A stretch of DNA of 64,000 nucleotides from Nymphaea colorata (GCF_008831285.2 NC_045138.2:28520001-28584000); one strand, 5' to 3'; shown: positions 1 through 12,780, numbered from the stretch's first letter. Notes: generated by a model not told the origin, from the sequence alone. Made by a program: numbers and translations.

Positions 1-1677
1 CGGTATCTCACCTGTTAGTTGGTTCTCCGAAAGATCGAGGCTGTTCAGGGACGGCAGGTTGGTAATAGACGCGGGGATGCTGCCGGTGAGCTGGTTGTGA
101 CTCAGGTCCAGGATATTTAGCTTTTCCAACAAGCCGATTGCGGACGGTATCTGGCCGGTAAAACGATTGTTATCGAGATATAAATCTGTGAGGTTGTGCA
201 ATTGCGCCAGGCTCGCAGGAATTTCGCCTGAGAATTTGTTCCCACTTGCTTGTATTAGCTGAAAATTTGCACTGTTCGAGAAATTTGCAGGGAATGGGCC
301 GGAGAAGTTGTTGTTCTGGATCTCAAGCCAAGCGAGGTTTGAAGGCAAGGCACTCGGTAGCTCGCCGGAGAAGGAGTTATCCCCGATCCTCAAGTATTGT
401 AGACTCTTGTAAGACCACACGCCTTCCGGAATCTCACCAGAGAGTCGGTTGTTCTGTGCCTGGATCGCCAACAAGTTAGGGCACTGGCCCAGTCCCTCTG
501 GCAGCCTCCCGGAAAAGCTGTTCATGTAAACGCTGAACGTTTGAAGGGCGCCGTTCCTGCATAGGTCTTCCGGCAACTCGCCGGTGAACCTGTTCATGTC
601 TATCTCGAAGTAGGTAAGGTTAGAGTTCCGGCCGAGATCGGGCGGCAAGGTGCCGTTCAAGCTGTTGTTGAAGAGCTTCAAGTACTGCAACGTCGAAATC
701 TGGGCTATCGCCTGCGGAATCTCGCCTGAGAGCTGATTTTGGTAGAGGTAGAGGTTGGTCAAACCTCGCAGCTTGACGATGTCCGTCGGTATCGTCCCCG
801 TCAGGCGGTTCGAGCTCAGATCAATCTGCGTCAACCAGACGGACAGGATCGGCCGGGGAATCTCCCCCGTCAGATCGTTATCATTGAGAAACACGGACGT
901 CAGGTTCGGAAGCTGGAAGAGTCCCGCCGGTATAGACCCAGTCAACGCGTTCTTGGAGAGGTCGAGCCATTCGAGCGCGATCAAATTCCGGAACCCATCG
1001 GGAATGGGTCCAGTGAGGTTGGCGTGCTTCAGTTCCAGCAAGCGCAGCCGCCCGAGCCTCCCGATTTCCGGCGGAAGCGCCGCCGGCGCAAAAGGGTTGT
1101 TCGTCAGTCTGAGCTCCTCCAGGCTTGAGAGGTTACCAATTTCCGGCGATATCAGCCCGTCTAGGAGGTTCTCGTGGAGGTAGAGTAACCGGAGCGCCGC
1201 GAGGCGAGAGAGGCCCGCAGGGACGTCACCGACAAAGTAGTTGCTCGAGAGGTCGAGCGTCTGAAGGCGGGCAAGGAGACCGACGCCTTCCGGGATGGGT
1301 CCCCCGAAGTAATTCTGTGAAAGGTTAAGAAATACGAGGCTGGAGCAGCGGAGGAGAGAGGAGGGAATGCTTCCATTGAAGTTGTTGTTGGAAATGTCGA
1401 GAAATGTCAGACTGGCGAGGTCGCACAGAGACGGGGGAAGCTGGCCGTCGAGGTTCTGGCTTTGGAGATTCAGGCCGGTGACGGTGTTGGTGGAAGGCGA
1501 GCAGGAGACGCCCAGCCAGGAGCAGTGATTGAGGTTGGATGAGTTCCACGAAATGAGCAATGAAGGGTTGCCCCAAAACTGCTTGATGCCGAGAAGCGTG
1601 TGGCCATCGTCGGAAGAGACGACCGAGAAGAGGAGGAGGAGGAAGGAGGAGACGAGGAGAGAGGTGGCGGTCGCCAT
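1..1677 (-). CDS. LRR receptor-like kinase, N-terminal part (signal peptide, LRRNT cap, about 20 LRRs); HAESA/HSL (LRR-XI)-like, resembling HSL3/HSL1; TM and kinase parts would lie beyond the window edge
   Basis: ATG at 1677-1675 opens 559 uninterrupted codons to base 1: MATATSLLVSSFLLLLFSVVSSDDGHTLLGIKQFWGNPSLLISWNSSNLNHCSWLGVSCSPSTNTVTGLNLQSQNLDGQLPPSLCDL... Repeated LxxLxLxxNxLxGxIP units (e.g. LEWLDLSKNALTGSIP, LNILDLSHNQLTGSIP), CxWxGVxC cap and the 'LEELRLTNNPFAPAALPPEIG' segment typical of HAE/HSL proteins. Subfamily is assigned from remembered motifs; the kinase domain is not visible. Confidence 0.93.
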   Translation of the reverse strand, partial: MATATSLLVSSFLLLLFSVVSSDDGHTLLGIKQFWGNPSLLISWNSSNLNHCSWLGVSCSPSTNTVTGLNLQSQNLDGQLPPSLCDLASLTFLDISNNNFNGSIPSSLLRCSSLVFLNLSQNYFGGPIPEGVGLLARLQTLDLSSNYFVGDVPAGLSRLAALRLLYLHENLLDGLISPEIGNLSSLEELRLTNNPFAPAALPPEIGRLGRLRLLELKHANLTGPIPDGFRNLIALEWLDLSKNALTGSIPAGLFQLPNLTSVFLNDNDLTGEIPRPILSVWLTQIDLSSNRLTGTIPTDIVKLRGLTNLYLYQNQLSGEIPQAIAQISTLQYLKLFNNSLNGTLPPDLGRNSNLTYFEIDMNRFTGELPEDLCRNGALQTFSVYMNSFSGRLPEGLGQCPNLLAIQAQNNRLSGEIPEGVWSYKSLQYLRIGDNSFSGELPSALPSNLAWLEIQNNNFSGPFPANFSNSANFQLIQASGNKFSGEIPASLAQLHNLTDLYLDNNRFTGQIPSAIGLLEKLNILDLSHNQLTGSIPASITNLPSLNSLDLSENQLTGEIP

Positions 1678-1928
1678 TGTTGGCGGCGACGTGGTGCAAG
1701 GCAACTCGGATGGCGAGTTCAGGGTGATATAGTCGTCGGGGTGCGGTGGGCTGTTGGTGCTGGTGGCTCGGGGCTTCGTGGGTCCGTGGCCTCGTCTAGT
1801 ACCTTGAGTAAACAAAAGAAAATGGAAGAAAACGTTGCCGGAGGATCAGATTCCGGGACCCAGTTTGAATGGCTAAGCAAAGTCTGGGCTCAAACTCTCG
1901 TTCTGGAGAGAGATGGAGCTGGCTTTTG

Positions 1929-2551
1929 TTGACCCACAGTTTCTTTCACGTTCCGCAAGGAAGAGCAGCGCCGCCTTCACACCTCTCAATCATCAATGTG
2001 CACTCTTAAAAAAAAGATGATTTGTCTGCCAAAACTCTGATGGAGAAATACAGATATCTTTTGTAAGTCAATTCCAAGCCCTAGGAAGCAACACGGAACT
2101 TGCAAATTTCGTGAAAGAGAAGACGGAAACGTCAACGAAGATGGTTCAGAGATTGCTGCTTACCGAAATAATGTTGAAGCTGACGAGAAGAGTATCTTTC
2201 GACACGCAAGGGAGCTCCTAATCTCCGTGCCGCGTCTTCTGATCAGAATGAAGTATTCAACAAGCTGACTCCATTTCATTTAAAAAAAAAAATACCGAGA
2301 AGGCAGAAACCAACAAATCTCTCTTCTATTTTTCGCCTTTCTCCTGCTGGTTTTTGACTTGTGAAGCAAAATCGGTTCGTTCCTCGTCTACCACCACAAG
2401 CCCGTCAACCATGGCTGCTCAACTTGAGCAAAACTGGGGACCCAATCCAACAGAAAAAGAGAAAGATAAAGATAGATAGTGCATTTACTTGGACGATTTC
2501 TTGTCGGGTCTTGACTCTTGATAATAGGTAGGTAACTCGAGCTCATTGACT
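1929..2551. promoter_or_regulatory. W-box (TTGACY) cluster and one CGCG box upstream of the LRR-RLK
   Basis: TTGACC 1929-1934, AGTCAA 2066-2071, TTGACT at 2354, 2511 and 2546; CCGCGT at 2230-2235. Motif presence only. Confidence 0.4.
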
Positions 2552-3404
2552 TGAGGATACAATGTCGAGCTCGAACTCAACTCGTTTAACTATTCATGTC
2601 AATCATGTCCCGAGCTCGAACTCAACTCGTTTAACTACTTCATGTCAATCATGTCCCGCTTCTTTTAAATCGATCAACTAGTTTAGTTGCTACTCGTTTA
2701 TAACTCAACATTTGAGTTTTAACAATCAAGTTCGAATCGAGCTCAAGCCTAAAACCTTATGTTTGAGTGTTGACTCCATGGCCTGCTTCACCACAAAATC
2801 GTTGAGCACGTCCCTGCCCTTTGCAATAGCGACTGACATAACCCCCTCGAATAGCAGCCATGGAAGCACGATAGGCAGAACTAATCCACCCAATTTACGC
2901 CGATACGACAAAGCACTTGGTATTGAACTCTTGGTCTACCTGACTTAAACATGTTCAAGTTCAATCCCTTAGCCCAGCGGATATTGGAGCTTTTGCTGGA
3001 AACAAGATCCGTAATTTAGCGAGTTACATATGTGACCAAGAGCATGCGTCTGGTATTGTAAATACATTGATTCGTGTAAGCCCGTTGATTGATATGCACC
3101 ATATGTATACGCCTTCTCCACAATGAGGGCAACTTTAGGATGTGATCAATACATCATATTCAAATTGGATCTTCTCTTTATGATATCCGATTTATGAGAA
3201 GAAGGGTATATGAATAAATAAAATCTATAGATCGCATGTCCCAATCAAACTTTCAAAGTCACAATTTGAGTCCAATAAAAGTCCGACGTTTATTTTCACG
3301 TTTAAAAATGAATCCAAATCCGAATCTGACTTACAGATATGCAATTTGATAGAAACTGTTTTGATATGTTAAAAGCCGATCGGCTTTCAAAATGTACGGA
3401 TAGT

Positions 3405-3841
3405 TAGGGGTAGCTCGACTCGTTAAAACTCGGTTCATGAATGAGTTCGAGCTGCATCATTTGCTTAATGAGTCAAGCTCGAGTCCCTGAGTCGACTCAT
3501 TCAAATAATCGAGTTGAGTTTGAGCTCGACACTTAAATATCGAGTCGAGCTCAAGCTTTAATCGAGTTTGTCAAGTCTTAATCAAGTCGATATATTCAAA
3601 CAAGTTTACGAGTTTGTCGAGCCTTAATCGAGTCAAGCTCGAACTCAACACGTAACGATAAATATCAATTCTATTCAAACGACTTTGTTAAGCCGTAATC
3701 GAGTCGAGCTCGAGCTCAACATGCAATTGCCGAGTCGAGCTCGAGCTTTCCTTTGAGCTCGAGTCAAGTTCTAGGTTTCATTAGTCAAGCCGAGCTCGAG
3801 CTGACTAAACTGAGGCTTGACTCGACTAGTATTCACTCCTA
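3405..3841. mobile_element. Non-autonomous hAT-type element (TCGAGCTCG subterminal repeats), nested in an older element
   Basis: Ends TAGGGG.../...TTCACTCCTA; degenerate 8-bp TSD cggatagt (3397-3404) / cgaatagt (3842-3849); duplicate copy at 44795-45321. Confidence 0.75.
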
Positions 3842-5206
3842 CGAATAGTAGATATAGGGCATCTGTTTGACCCTTAATGTGAATTTTATAGGATATTTGT
3901 CTAAAACCAAATAAAAATCAGAATCCTATGGATGTCATTTTTAAGTACAAATGTGATCCAATTTCTCAATCGAATGTTAATTTGTACTACTATTCTTCTA
4001 CAATCACAAAAAGAAAGGCAAATAAATCATAGACAGACTAACAAAAATTTTATTTTTGTAAAAGTATCACCTTTTTACCAATGTTTACTTTGGAATTCCT
4101 TTACAGTTTGGACATCTTTTTTATCGTTTTGAGGATTATATATAAAGTAAAGCTGTTAACTGGAATTTTCCAAATTTTACAAGGCTATTTATAAATATGT
4201 CAAAGTTGAATGGTCATTTGTCATTTCTCAAGATTTTTTTTAAAAAAAAAAACAATTCCATCCGCAGGCAGGTGTAAGCGTGTGCGAGCAAATTGCTCAC
4301 ATAAACTCACGCAAATTGCTTATTTATTTATATACTGATGAGTCATAGGTATTCAATTCTCATGTATATATTTGTGATCTTTAAAGGTTTCAAATTAAAA
4401 TTTCTCAGTGTCCATCAACCAAAAATTTCATACCGCCATTATTTCTAACATCCCATGGACACAGAAGCCATAACAAACAAGCATTTTCCGTTTCTTAATG
4501 CAAAATATTCTAGAGAAACTATATTTCCTTGTGGATCAGTCACCAAATAAAAGCAGGTCAGCGACATAAATTGACACCATTAATGCCATTATTGTTGTGA
4601 CGACGATGATGATATTTGTATTGGCCTTCTGTTCCACGGTCAATCTAAGATCATGCTGACACCTTCCTCATCAATAAGTTTCACATTATTCTTCTTCTTC
4701 TTCCACTTTGCCCTGTCACAAAGGCGTCAATTGCTTGGACGTCACCTAAACCTGACCCGAACCACATCCGGTTGGATCCGGATACTGGGACTCACTAACC
4801 ATCATTCTCGAAACTATAAGTTCAAATATTGGTAAACAAGCTGGATATGGTTTACAAATCTCATATTTGAACCAAGATTTTGGGTTTAAAATGAGATCCA
4901 TTTACTAGAAAAAGATTGTTACTATTTAGTGATTCTATCCTAAAATAAAATTTTATGTTATAGGGTTCCACGAATCTGCCTTAAGTTTTAAGGCAGTTTT
5001 ACTAGGTAGTAACAATTTGTTACTGGTACTAAACGGGTCGATTTCTTAATATCGACTTGGTGATTGTACCCCCAAGACTAATACCCCTCCCCGCCACTGG
5101 AGCTTATGCATGCAACTTCCGACATTAATGTCATCATGCCAAGTATAGATCTTGACCACTTTCCATTTTTTATGAGCAACGCATCTAAGGGATAAATAGT
5201 GGCTAG

Positions 5207-5390
5207 CAGGGGCGGAGCCAAGGGGGCCTGCATGGGCCCTCACCTCAATTTTTTTTTAAATTTACATGTAAATTTTAGAAAAAATTATTTGTCATATATA
5301 AAAATTTTGAAAAATTATATTTCGGCCCGTGTCAAAATTTAGAAACTTTAATTCGACCCCCTTCATGAAAACTTTCTGGCTCCACTCTTG
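5207..5390. mobile_element. hAT-type MITE (CAGGGGCGGAGCC TIR)
   Basis: TIRs caggggcggagcc / ggctccactcttg; degenerate 8-bp flanks gtggctag / gtgaccgg; counterpart near 46838-47021. Confidence 0.7.
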
Positions 5391-6839
5391 GTGACCGGTT
5401 ATACTATCTATATTAGACAGAAGCCAACTATATTCTTGTTATCGATTAAGGGATAGAATGAGCATCTAGCTGTGTGACCCACCTTCTAGTATAAAGTGGA
5501 TATTGAAGAAATTCACCTTCACACTGATACTCGCCAAGGAGGAATCCAATTTGCACTTGTCAATCGACTATGTTCGAAGCCAACCATGGATGCACATGCT
5601 TTACCCTTTACATCACGAGCGAAGCTAGGAAATTTTTTTCTTAAAACGAGTTATTTTATGATAGGAGCAAGCCTAACTTAAACTGTCAATATCAAGTACA
5701 AACATATATCCTGCAATATTATAAAATTCTTGCTGAAAGTATGTCCCATTCCCACTTGCCTACTAAATTGACATCTCCATTATGAATCCTAAAGTAAAGC
5801 AAGTGGAAATGTTCTCCTCTGCCATTCATTCCCTTTTTATCTTATTGTTGTCTCGAGACACAGGACATTGAACTCACTAGAGAAAAAAGAGAACACAGAG
5901 AGGATGCACATAGATGAGATAAGATTGAGAAATCTTGGGAAGATTAAATATTTCTCATGAACAAGTGTAAAGAAAAACCCATGTGATAAATTGATTTTTC
6001 CTTTCTTTAGTCTCAAAAATATAAAGAAAAACCGAAAAATTTTGCATGGGTATCGGTTTTGTTCCATATATGGGACAATAGTACACGGGGAAAAAATGTC
6101 TCACTTTCTGAATTTTCCAAGATAAGTTTGGATATGATTCTGATGTCCTAGCTAGTGGATTCCCCATTGTGGGATGTTGTGGGTTCCCCCATTTACTGAC
6201 ACACGCTCCATGTTCAAATCTTGTGAAGATAATGAATCTTGTTAGGAAGTGTATTATTAAGCTCCATGTTCAAAAATAATGAACTAATATCGTGATAAAT
6301 TAACACAAACATAAGCCTAATTAATAACTTCTAGATAAGAATCTTGTTTTGTCCTACATATTTGTGTTTACAATTTTCTACACAGATCCCGTTCAAGGCT
6401 CTTTAGAGGTTTTGGCTTGCTTGCACCTGTAAGCATATTAGATCTTATTTGAAATCCCTGATTAAATTATCCTGAAAATGTTATCCAGGGGAGTGTGGAG
6501 AAATTATATCTAGAAGTCTATACCCCGAATCCTATTTTTCATATTTGTTATCTCAATCCGATTTTTAAATTTACATCAGAACCTAATCCAATACCCAACC
6601 AAATCGAGACCATATTATAATATATTAAAAACTAAGTATTGGGTATAGGCCATTCATTTAACAATGAGCTAGCTGAAAACTGGGCCATATCTGATGCTTC
6701 TTAAAAATTGAATCTGCATACGAACAGGTGTCATTTCTGTAACTTCAAGTCCGATTTAATTTCTTAACCAGATATTAATTTTTTTTATATGCAAACCTTT
6801 TGAAGAAATTTGGTCAACAGCAGTGGCAGAACTCTTTCC

Positions 6840-7189
6840 TAAGGTTGGGCATTGGTCGGGTACCCGATGGGTACACGGTACGGCCTGACTCGGGGCCGAA
6901 AAAAAAGAACCTGGCCGGCCCAATAATTTATTGGGCCAGTTCGGGTGGGCCCAAGTGAGCCCGGTTTAGCTTGATATTTTTTTTAAATACATATTCTATT
7001 AATTTTTATGTCTAACTATAGTATTTTATTATGATTAAAGATATTTATATATTATTTTATATTTAAAAATATATGTTTTTAATTTAATCGAGTCGGGCTC
7101 AGGTTTTAATTGTCATGCCAGGCCCAGGCCTACGTTTCGGGTGTTGGGCCTGGGTACTGGGTATGGGGCTAGCGTGATGCCCAAGTTTA
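6840..7189. mobile_element. hAT-type non-autonomous element (GGGCCCGG-rich) nested in a CAGTGGC-type MITE
   Basis: Ends taaggttgggc / gcccaagttta; TSD ctctttcc (6832-6839) / ctcttttt (7190-7197); same family as 29137-29801. Confidence 0.7.
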
Positions 7190-9059
7190 CTCTTTTTTGA
7201 GGCATTATAAAATTTTCACAAGGGCCAAATTAAGGTTTTTAGAAATATCAAATAATAGAATTTTATTTTTTTAAAATTTCAAAAGCCATGAACCTGCCAG
7301 ACCCCTTTCTGCTTTGTTATTGGGTTTGATCCGACATTTTAATCTGAATCCGATTTATTGACATTTCTACTCAACCGGCATGCCCGTAGGAATGATATGA
7401 TACATAGGCCCTAATGAGACACCCAAGGAAATATAACTAACTTTGTTGGGCCCATGGGCATAAAGACGCCAAATGGAGTTCAATGTTGCCATGAAGTGGA
7501 GACCACAGATGCCAAAAAATTTGTCCCTGAAACAATCAAACAAGAACCTGATGCCTTACAGAATAGAAAAAATATTGGAGAAAATTTTTTTATTGTCAAT
7601 AAATATTCAAATGTAAAAAACATTTATTTCTCATAAAGACGACATCGAATGAAACAAGTTTTGTTTCATCGCATTGGGACGAAGATCGTGTTTGAATTTA
7701 TCCCTGGAATTGTCTTTTTTTTTTTTCTGCACATAATATTTTTTGAGGTCAAACACAACTGGGGATTCAAATCGATCCAGATTTGATTTGGATTGATATC
7801 AGATCGGTATCGCCAAACCCGATTCGGTTCCATATTTCAATGCAACGTAGGGAACAAATCCAACTCCACTATGAGCTTTCACTCGAAAGATTGAGTTTTG
7901 AGAATCAATTCGGGAAGATACCATATCTAGATATTCACAAGAAACCTGATAATATTTCTGAACTCCTGAATGGTTAATCATAATTTTCTGGATGTAATGG
8001 TAAACTCTTTTTCCCTTAATAAAAAGATATCTTATATCACCATCAAGCAAGGGAGGTTCGTCCACTTAAAGAATATCATTTGATGGTTGACATTAGGTCA
8101 AATGGATCATAATTCAATTAATAACTCCCAACTCTAATTATTTGTTAGGGTCAACTTTAAACATCATCAACTCGCCGACGTTTCTCGTTTTCCATAAGGT
8201 TCGAGCTGGGCGTATTTTTTGTCAATCAGAAGCCACCTGCTACACTCGAGTTGATGGGTGTCTCATTGCCCACAGAGGTCTCTTAACAGACTTTATCTTG
8301 GGTTCGGCCTCTCATTGAACCGTCAATATATAATTAGTGAAGATATGCACTTGTTAATCTAATGAATGTTTTATGGTAACAAATCTTTAAATTTTAACCA
8401 TTCGGCAACATTCGATAGCATGGAACTGTCCCTGTATAGTAAAACCTTTTCACATGAAATGAATTATAGAAACAAATGAACTTGATTTTGATAGATAAAC
8501 AACAAGATGAATGTGAACAGAATGACTATCATGTTCTTTTCCGAAAAAAAAAGGAAATCTATTAAATTTCTTTGCTGAACTCAAGTTCGGGTGTAGCTAA
8601 AGTGATGACAGACTGCTTAGATCACTAGAAAGGTATGCCAACTATGTGTCTACTCGGATCATAATAATTTTACAGGAATTTTTTACTATACCTTATTCGA
8701 GGTTTTTAACACGCAACCGACGTTAAATGTGTGGTTTTACAATTTAGAACGATTAGATATGAATCTTTTTTTTTTAGTGAAGAATATGATAACATTAATC
8801 ATGTAACGCCAATGAATTGAATAATACATAGTAAAGGAAAATAGCGAATAAACTGTTAATTTTTGCTGTAAAAACTGTTAATTTCTTTTAGACATGGTTA
8901 AAAACTGCAAAGGAGGACTCACTCTATACCAAACCGGTTCGACCTCTGTTACATTCGTATCGAACCGCCTTACGAAGGGCAAGAAGGTCAATTAGTACCC
9001 TCCTGTCATTCCTGCAGAATTCTGGGGACATTACAGTCATTTCGGAAGAATTCCACTGC

Positions 9060-10714
9060 CTATAAAATGCCTCCATTTCTTCTTGCCTCGCCGAGGAGTC
9101 AACCACGGAGGGAGGGAGAGACACCTGAGAGTGGCGACGCTGGCAATTTCCGTCGGCCGGGTTCCTCTTCGGCGTCACCGGATGGAGAAGCGGCGCCACC
9201 ACCTGGGCAAGGTACACCGCGCTCGACCTCCTGCGCTCTTGTTGCTTCTGTTCCTACCTTCCTTCCGGGTATGTCTTCTACGGGGTCGGAGGTAGAGCGG
9301 TGTATATAATGTACATACGATAGACGAAAACTCCATAAAGCAAAAAAAGGGCAAAGTGGAAAGAAAGAAAGAAAAGGGATAAGAAAAAGGCAGACAGGAT
9401 GAAGCCAGGCAGTAGAATTCTTCTGAGCAAAAAGAAATGGGTGTTCTTTCGGGGTTGTTTTTGTGTTTTTTTTTTTTTCTTTTGTCTATGTGTCTCTCTC
9501 TCCCCTTTCTCATCTGTTCCGGTGGATTGGCGGTTTCTCTGCGCAACGACTACTGACGGAAATTTTTCCCGGGTTCTCATTTCTCTTGGTTTTTGTTTTG
9601 GGGAGGTCAAGCGCCTCTTTGGTTTCTTGATCTTAAATGGGTGGATGGGAGGTGATGTGTTTTGTGGCGATTGTAGCATTTGATCTCAATGTAACCCTCT
9701 TCTTCGTGATTCACAAAGAGGAAATCAATTACCATCTTTGTTTTTCTTCTCGTTTCTTGTTTTTTAGTTTCTACCTCTCTCGTTGATGGGGCTTATCTGA
9801 TTGTTCAATGTGTTGTTCTCAAAATGCAGAACATGGGTTCTTTCTCATATTGGACAGTGAATTCTATTATGAAATGTTAGTTATGGAAAAACAATGAGTA
9901 CTTTTATTGATGGGTATGACTTTTTCCTCATCTATTTGAAGCGAGGTCCTGAGAATATGGCTTATGGTTAGGGTAGGAAAAGCGAAATAACAGATATAAT
10001 AATGGTTTTCGCAAGAGCCGGTGGTCCCATTCTTGCTTATTCTTCCAAATTGTCCTTACTCAAGTGAGCAAGAAAGGGAAGCAGGAAAAAGGGAGTGCCA
10101 CCAACTGTTTCTTTCCAATCCCGTCTTGAAAATTTTTCATGAAAAGTATCGATTGATTGCTTAGACAACAGAATAACTTTCAGAAAAAGAAAGCAGAACA
10201 TTGTACCTCTTGGTTAGCTTGATTATGTGTACCTCATCTTCCTTGTTCACTCTTCTCAAGTATGACGCACAGGCATCGTTTTGTTGTACCTCTAAACATA
10301 CCAATGTTTTTTAGTCAAGTGAACAAGGAAGTCCCACACGAGGCCATGATGTGGCTTTCTTATGTAAACGTAAGAGCAGGAAAAGAATTCATCACATCCT
10401 CTATCCACATTGGTTAGTGGAGAAATATTAAGCGAAACCAATATTGAGAAATGCTTTCCGATGAACATGTCCGATTATGACTTACTGTTGTTTTTCTGAT
10501 GGGGAGTCTAGCTTTCATTTTTCAAAGAAAATATGAAAATGTCAATGAGGCTGAATATGTTTTCCAACAGGAGTCCTTCACTTGTTTTCATGTGGGAAAG
10601 CATTTCCTGGTTTAATCGTAAGTATTTATACCTTGTGCAGACATCAACGGCAAACTTGAAGAAATTTGTGAGGCACTTCAGAGAAAGTGTCGACCATCCT
10701 CTAATAAACTGTAG
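9060..10714 (+). other. Putative spliced transcription unit (orphan small ORF or lncRNA), copy 1
   Basis: CTATAAAA at 9060, GC-rich first exon, donor CCGG|GTATGT at 9268/9269, T/CT-rich intron, acceptor TTGTGCAG| at 10640. Joining 9067-9268 to 10641-10714 gives a 91-aa ORF ending ...PTFLPDINGKLEEICEALQRKCRPSSNKL*. No family recognised. Confidence 0.4.
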
Positions 10715-12041
10715 ATCGTGTGTAACTTTCTGTGATATTATTAAACAAAATGCCGTTACCTCGAGCGATAATCATCTCCTTCAGATTTATACAAATTCTG
10801 CTTCATTTCCATATTTCTGCTGCCAAGTTGCTTGAATTTTTCTTTTTAACTGAAGCTTTGTTTTTAAATCAATGGAGCGTCCATAGTATTATGTATTTTC
10901 TTGCCTTGTAAAAACCGTTTGACATTATTGAAGCTGATCATACAGGTACTCCATATTGACTGTCTTTCTGTATGTATTCTTTGTTACAGATATCATAGTA
11001 ACACCAAAAAGGGTCGGATCTCAGTTGCTTCAACTATATTCATTAAGACCCACCCACCCGCACCAAGGTGCAGAACGGTCAGCAATTATATTCATATTAC
11101 GTTCAGTTTTCTTGCAAATACTTTAACCAGAGTTTCATTTTTGTCGCTTCCTGATCAAGCTGTGCAATTATTCATTCTTTATGGCATATAATCATATCTG
11201 TATGAAACGAACTGAAGTCCGCCTGGCAGTACGCGTCCCAATAAAGAAATTTTACCAAAAATTACTGCGTTAGAATTTTTCTGTCTTGAAAAGGTTATTA
11301 TGACTGCCATGATTCCTGTCTATAAGTGGTTTGCCGTGTAGTCAAAGCAACACATTCTTTTCCGCCTTGGGTATATATTGATCTGCACTGATTGAGGAGC
11401 TTCGCATCTCCAACCAATGTTGAGCCTTTACAAATCATACTTTTGGTTGTCTTTTGCGTTAACTTGTTCTCGATCTTCCCCTTATTCCACCAGCACTAAC
11501 TGTTCGTGGCTTGAGTTCCACTAGTTGAAGAAACTTCTTAAGTACAGACCAGAGTGTGCGGCATGACAATAGAATTTTTAAAGGAAAAAAGGGACAAAAG
11601 AACATTTGATGCAGTTCGTATTATATGCTTATTTGTCTGAGGCTTGGTTCAAGCTTTTAACGTATGAATGCACCATGCCGTTTTTTCCCTTGGGATTAGA
11701 AGAGAAAAGAGAATCAAAGGTTTTGCGGACTCAGATCTCAGGGCAGCCTGCTCGCCTTTTCTTTTGGCTCATACAGCGACAGTGTTTGATTCCATGTGTT
11801 GGGAACCTTTTTCTCAAAAGCTAGCTGACGAGACTTGTAAGACCCATTTAGTTGCACTCTCTTTATTACAATTTCCAATAATGGGTTAAGTTTAACCCTT
11901 TACATACAGACTCCAACAAAATTTAAAAATTTTGAAACCTATGTCATATAAAAGTCCCAAACTGGGATGTTTCCTCAACAATGGCTTCATAAAAACACTG
12001 TTAAAAACAAAAGCACAAAAAAGTACAGCCAAAGACACCAC

Positions 12042-12168
12042 CTTAAGAGTCTTGTCACCACCAAGTGCTTGATCGAGACTCTTTGCATATGCAACACATT
12101 TCTCCAGCCATCTTCGATTTGAAAGTGTGTGAACAATGTCACCGATTAACCACTCATCATCCTTTTTC
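12042..12168 (-). pseudogene. SBE2: SBEII exon with altered AESHD motif and an 18-bp in-frame deletion
   Basis: tag|[42 protein letters not shown]|gt; AESHD reads AKSLD and AFWLMD is absent. Confidence 0.88.
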
Positions 12169-12780
12169 CTATACCAGGAAATGGTAGCATGAAATGTCAA
12201 GTTTCCACATCAACCACACAAAAGTTTGAATGAAAAGAACAAATAAATGATGAAAATAAGAAACACAGACAATGAGTCTCGCGGCACTAGAACTACAAAG
12301 TTGGAACCTATTCATCAATAGCAGTAAAAAGGAAATAAATAGTTTCTCTGCAGATTAAAAGATACATTAGAGCTGCTAGCATTACATTGATGAGAGAAGT
12401 AATTCCGTGTGCCCATTACATAATTGAATTTTATTTCACACGATCTAGCCAGTGAATATAGGTTACTACCACAACCGTTGACTTTATTAACAACTAAGGC
12501 ATCAATTCTTCGTGTTCCAACTTCCAAACTACCAATCTTTACCCATTTGTTTCACCTTGAGGTACATGGAGAAACCGCAAGAAAGGCATCAAAATTGAAT
12601 TGAAGATTCTCTATACCTAGAAAAATCCAAATTGTCTAACAGTTTGCATCAAGAGGCTATTTATTGCCAACTTGAAGTTGATCAATACAATTAGTTTGTA
12701 TGTAATTTATTTGTCCATATATTCCTCAGTTTTGCCAATAAATATGAAAGATATACCAAAATCAAAGCAACAACACTTAC

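Larger units (their letters stand above)
2533..12178 (+). repeat. Segmental duplication block A (copy 1)
   Basis: Collinear with 44141-53629 from 'aactcgagct...attgacttga..atacaatgtcgagctc' to 'tcctttttcctataccagg'. Confidence 0.95.

Noticed and set aside
246..1932. Several ORF-track entries over the LRR-RLK
   Set aside because: Antisense or off-frame shadows of the GC-rich minus-strand RLK ORF.
2208..2220. AAGGGAGCTCCTA similar to the miR159/319 3' end
   Set aside because: The 5' half does not match and no hairpin partner was seen.
2755..2995. Minus-strand exon-like segment (...SVAIAKGRDVLNDFVVKQAMESTLKHK|gt) present in A but not A'
   Set aside because: No single open frame between the candidate splice sites and no recognisable family; cannot be supported without a search.
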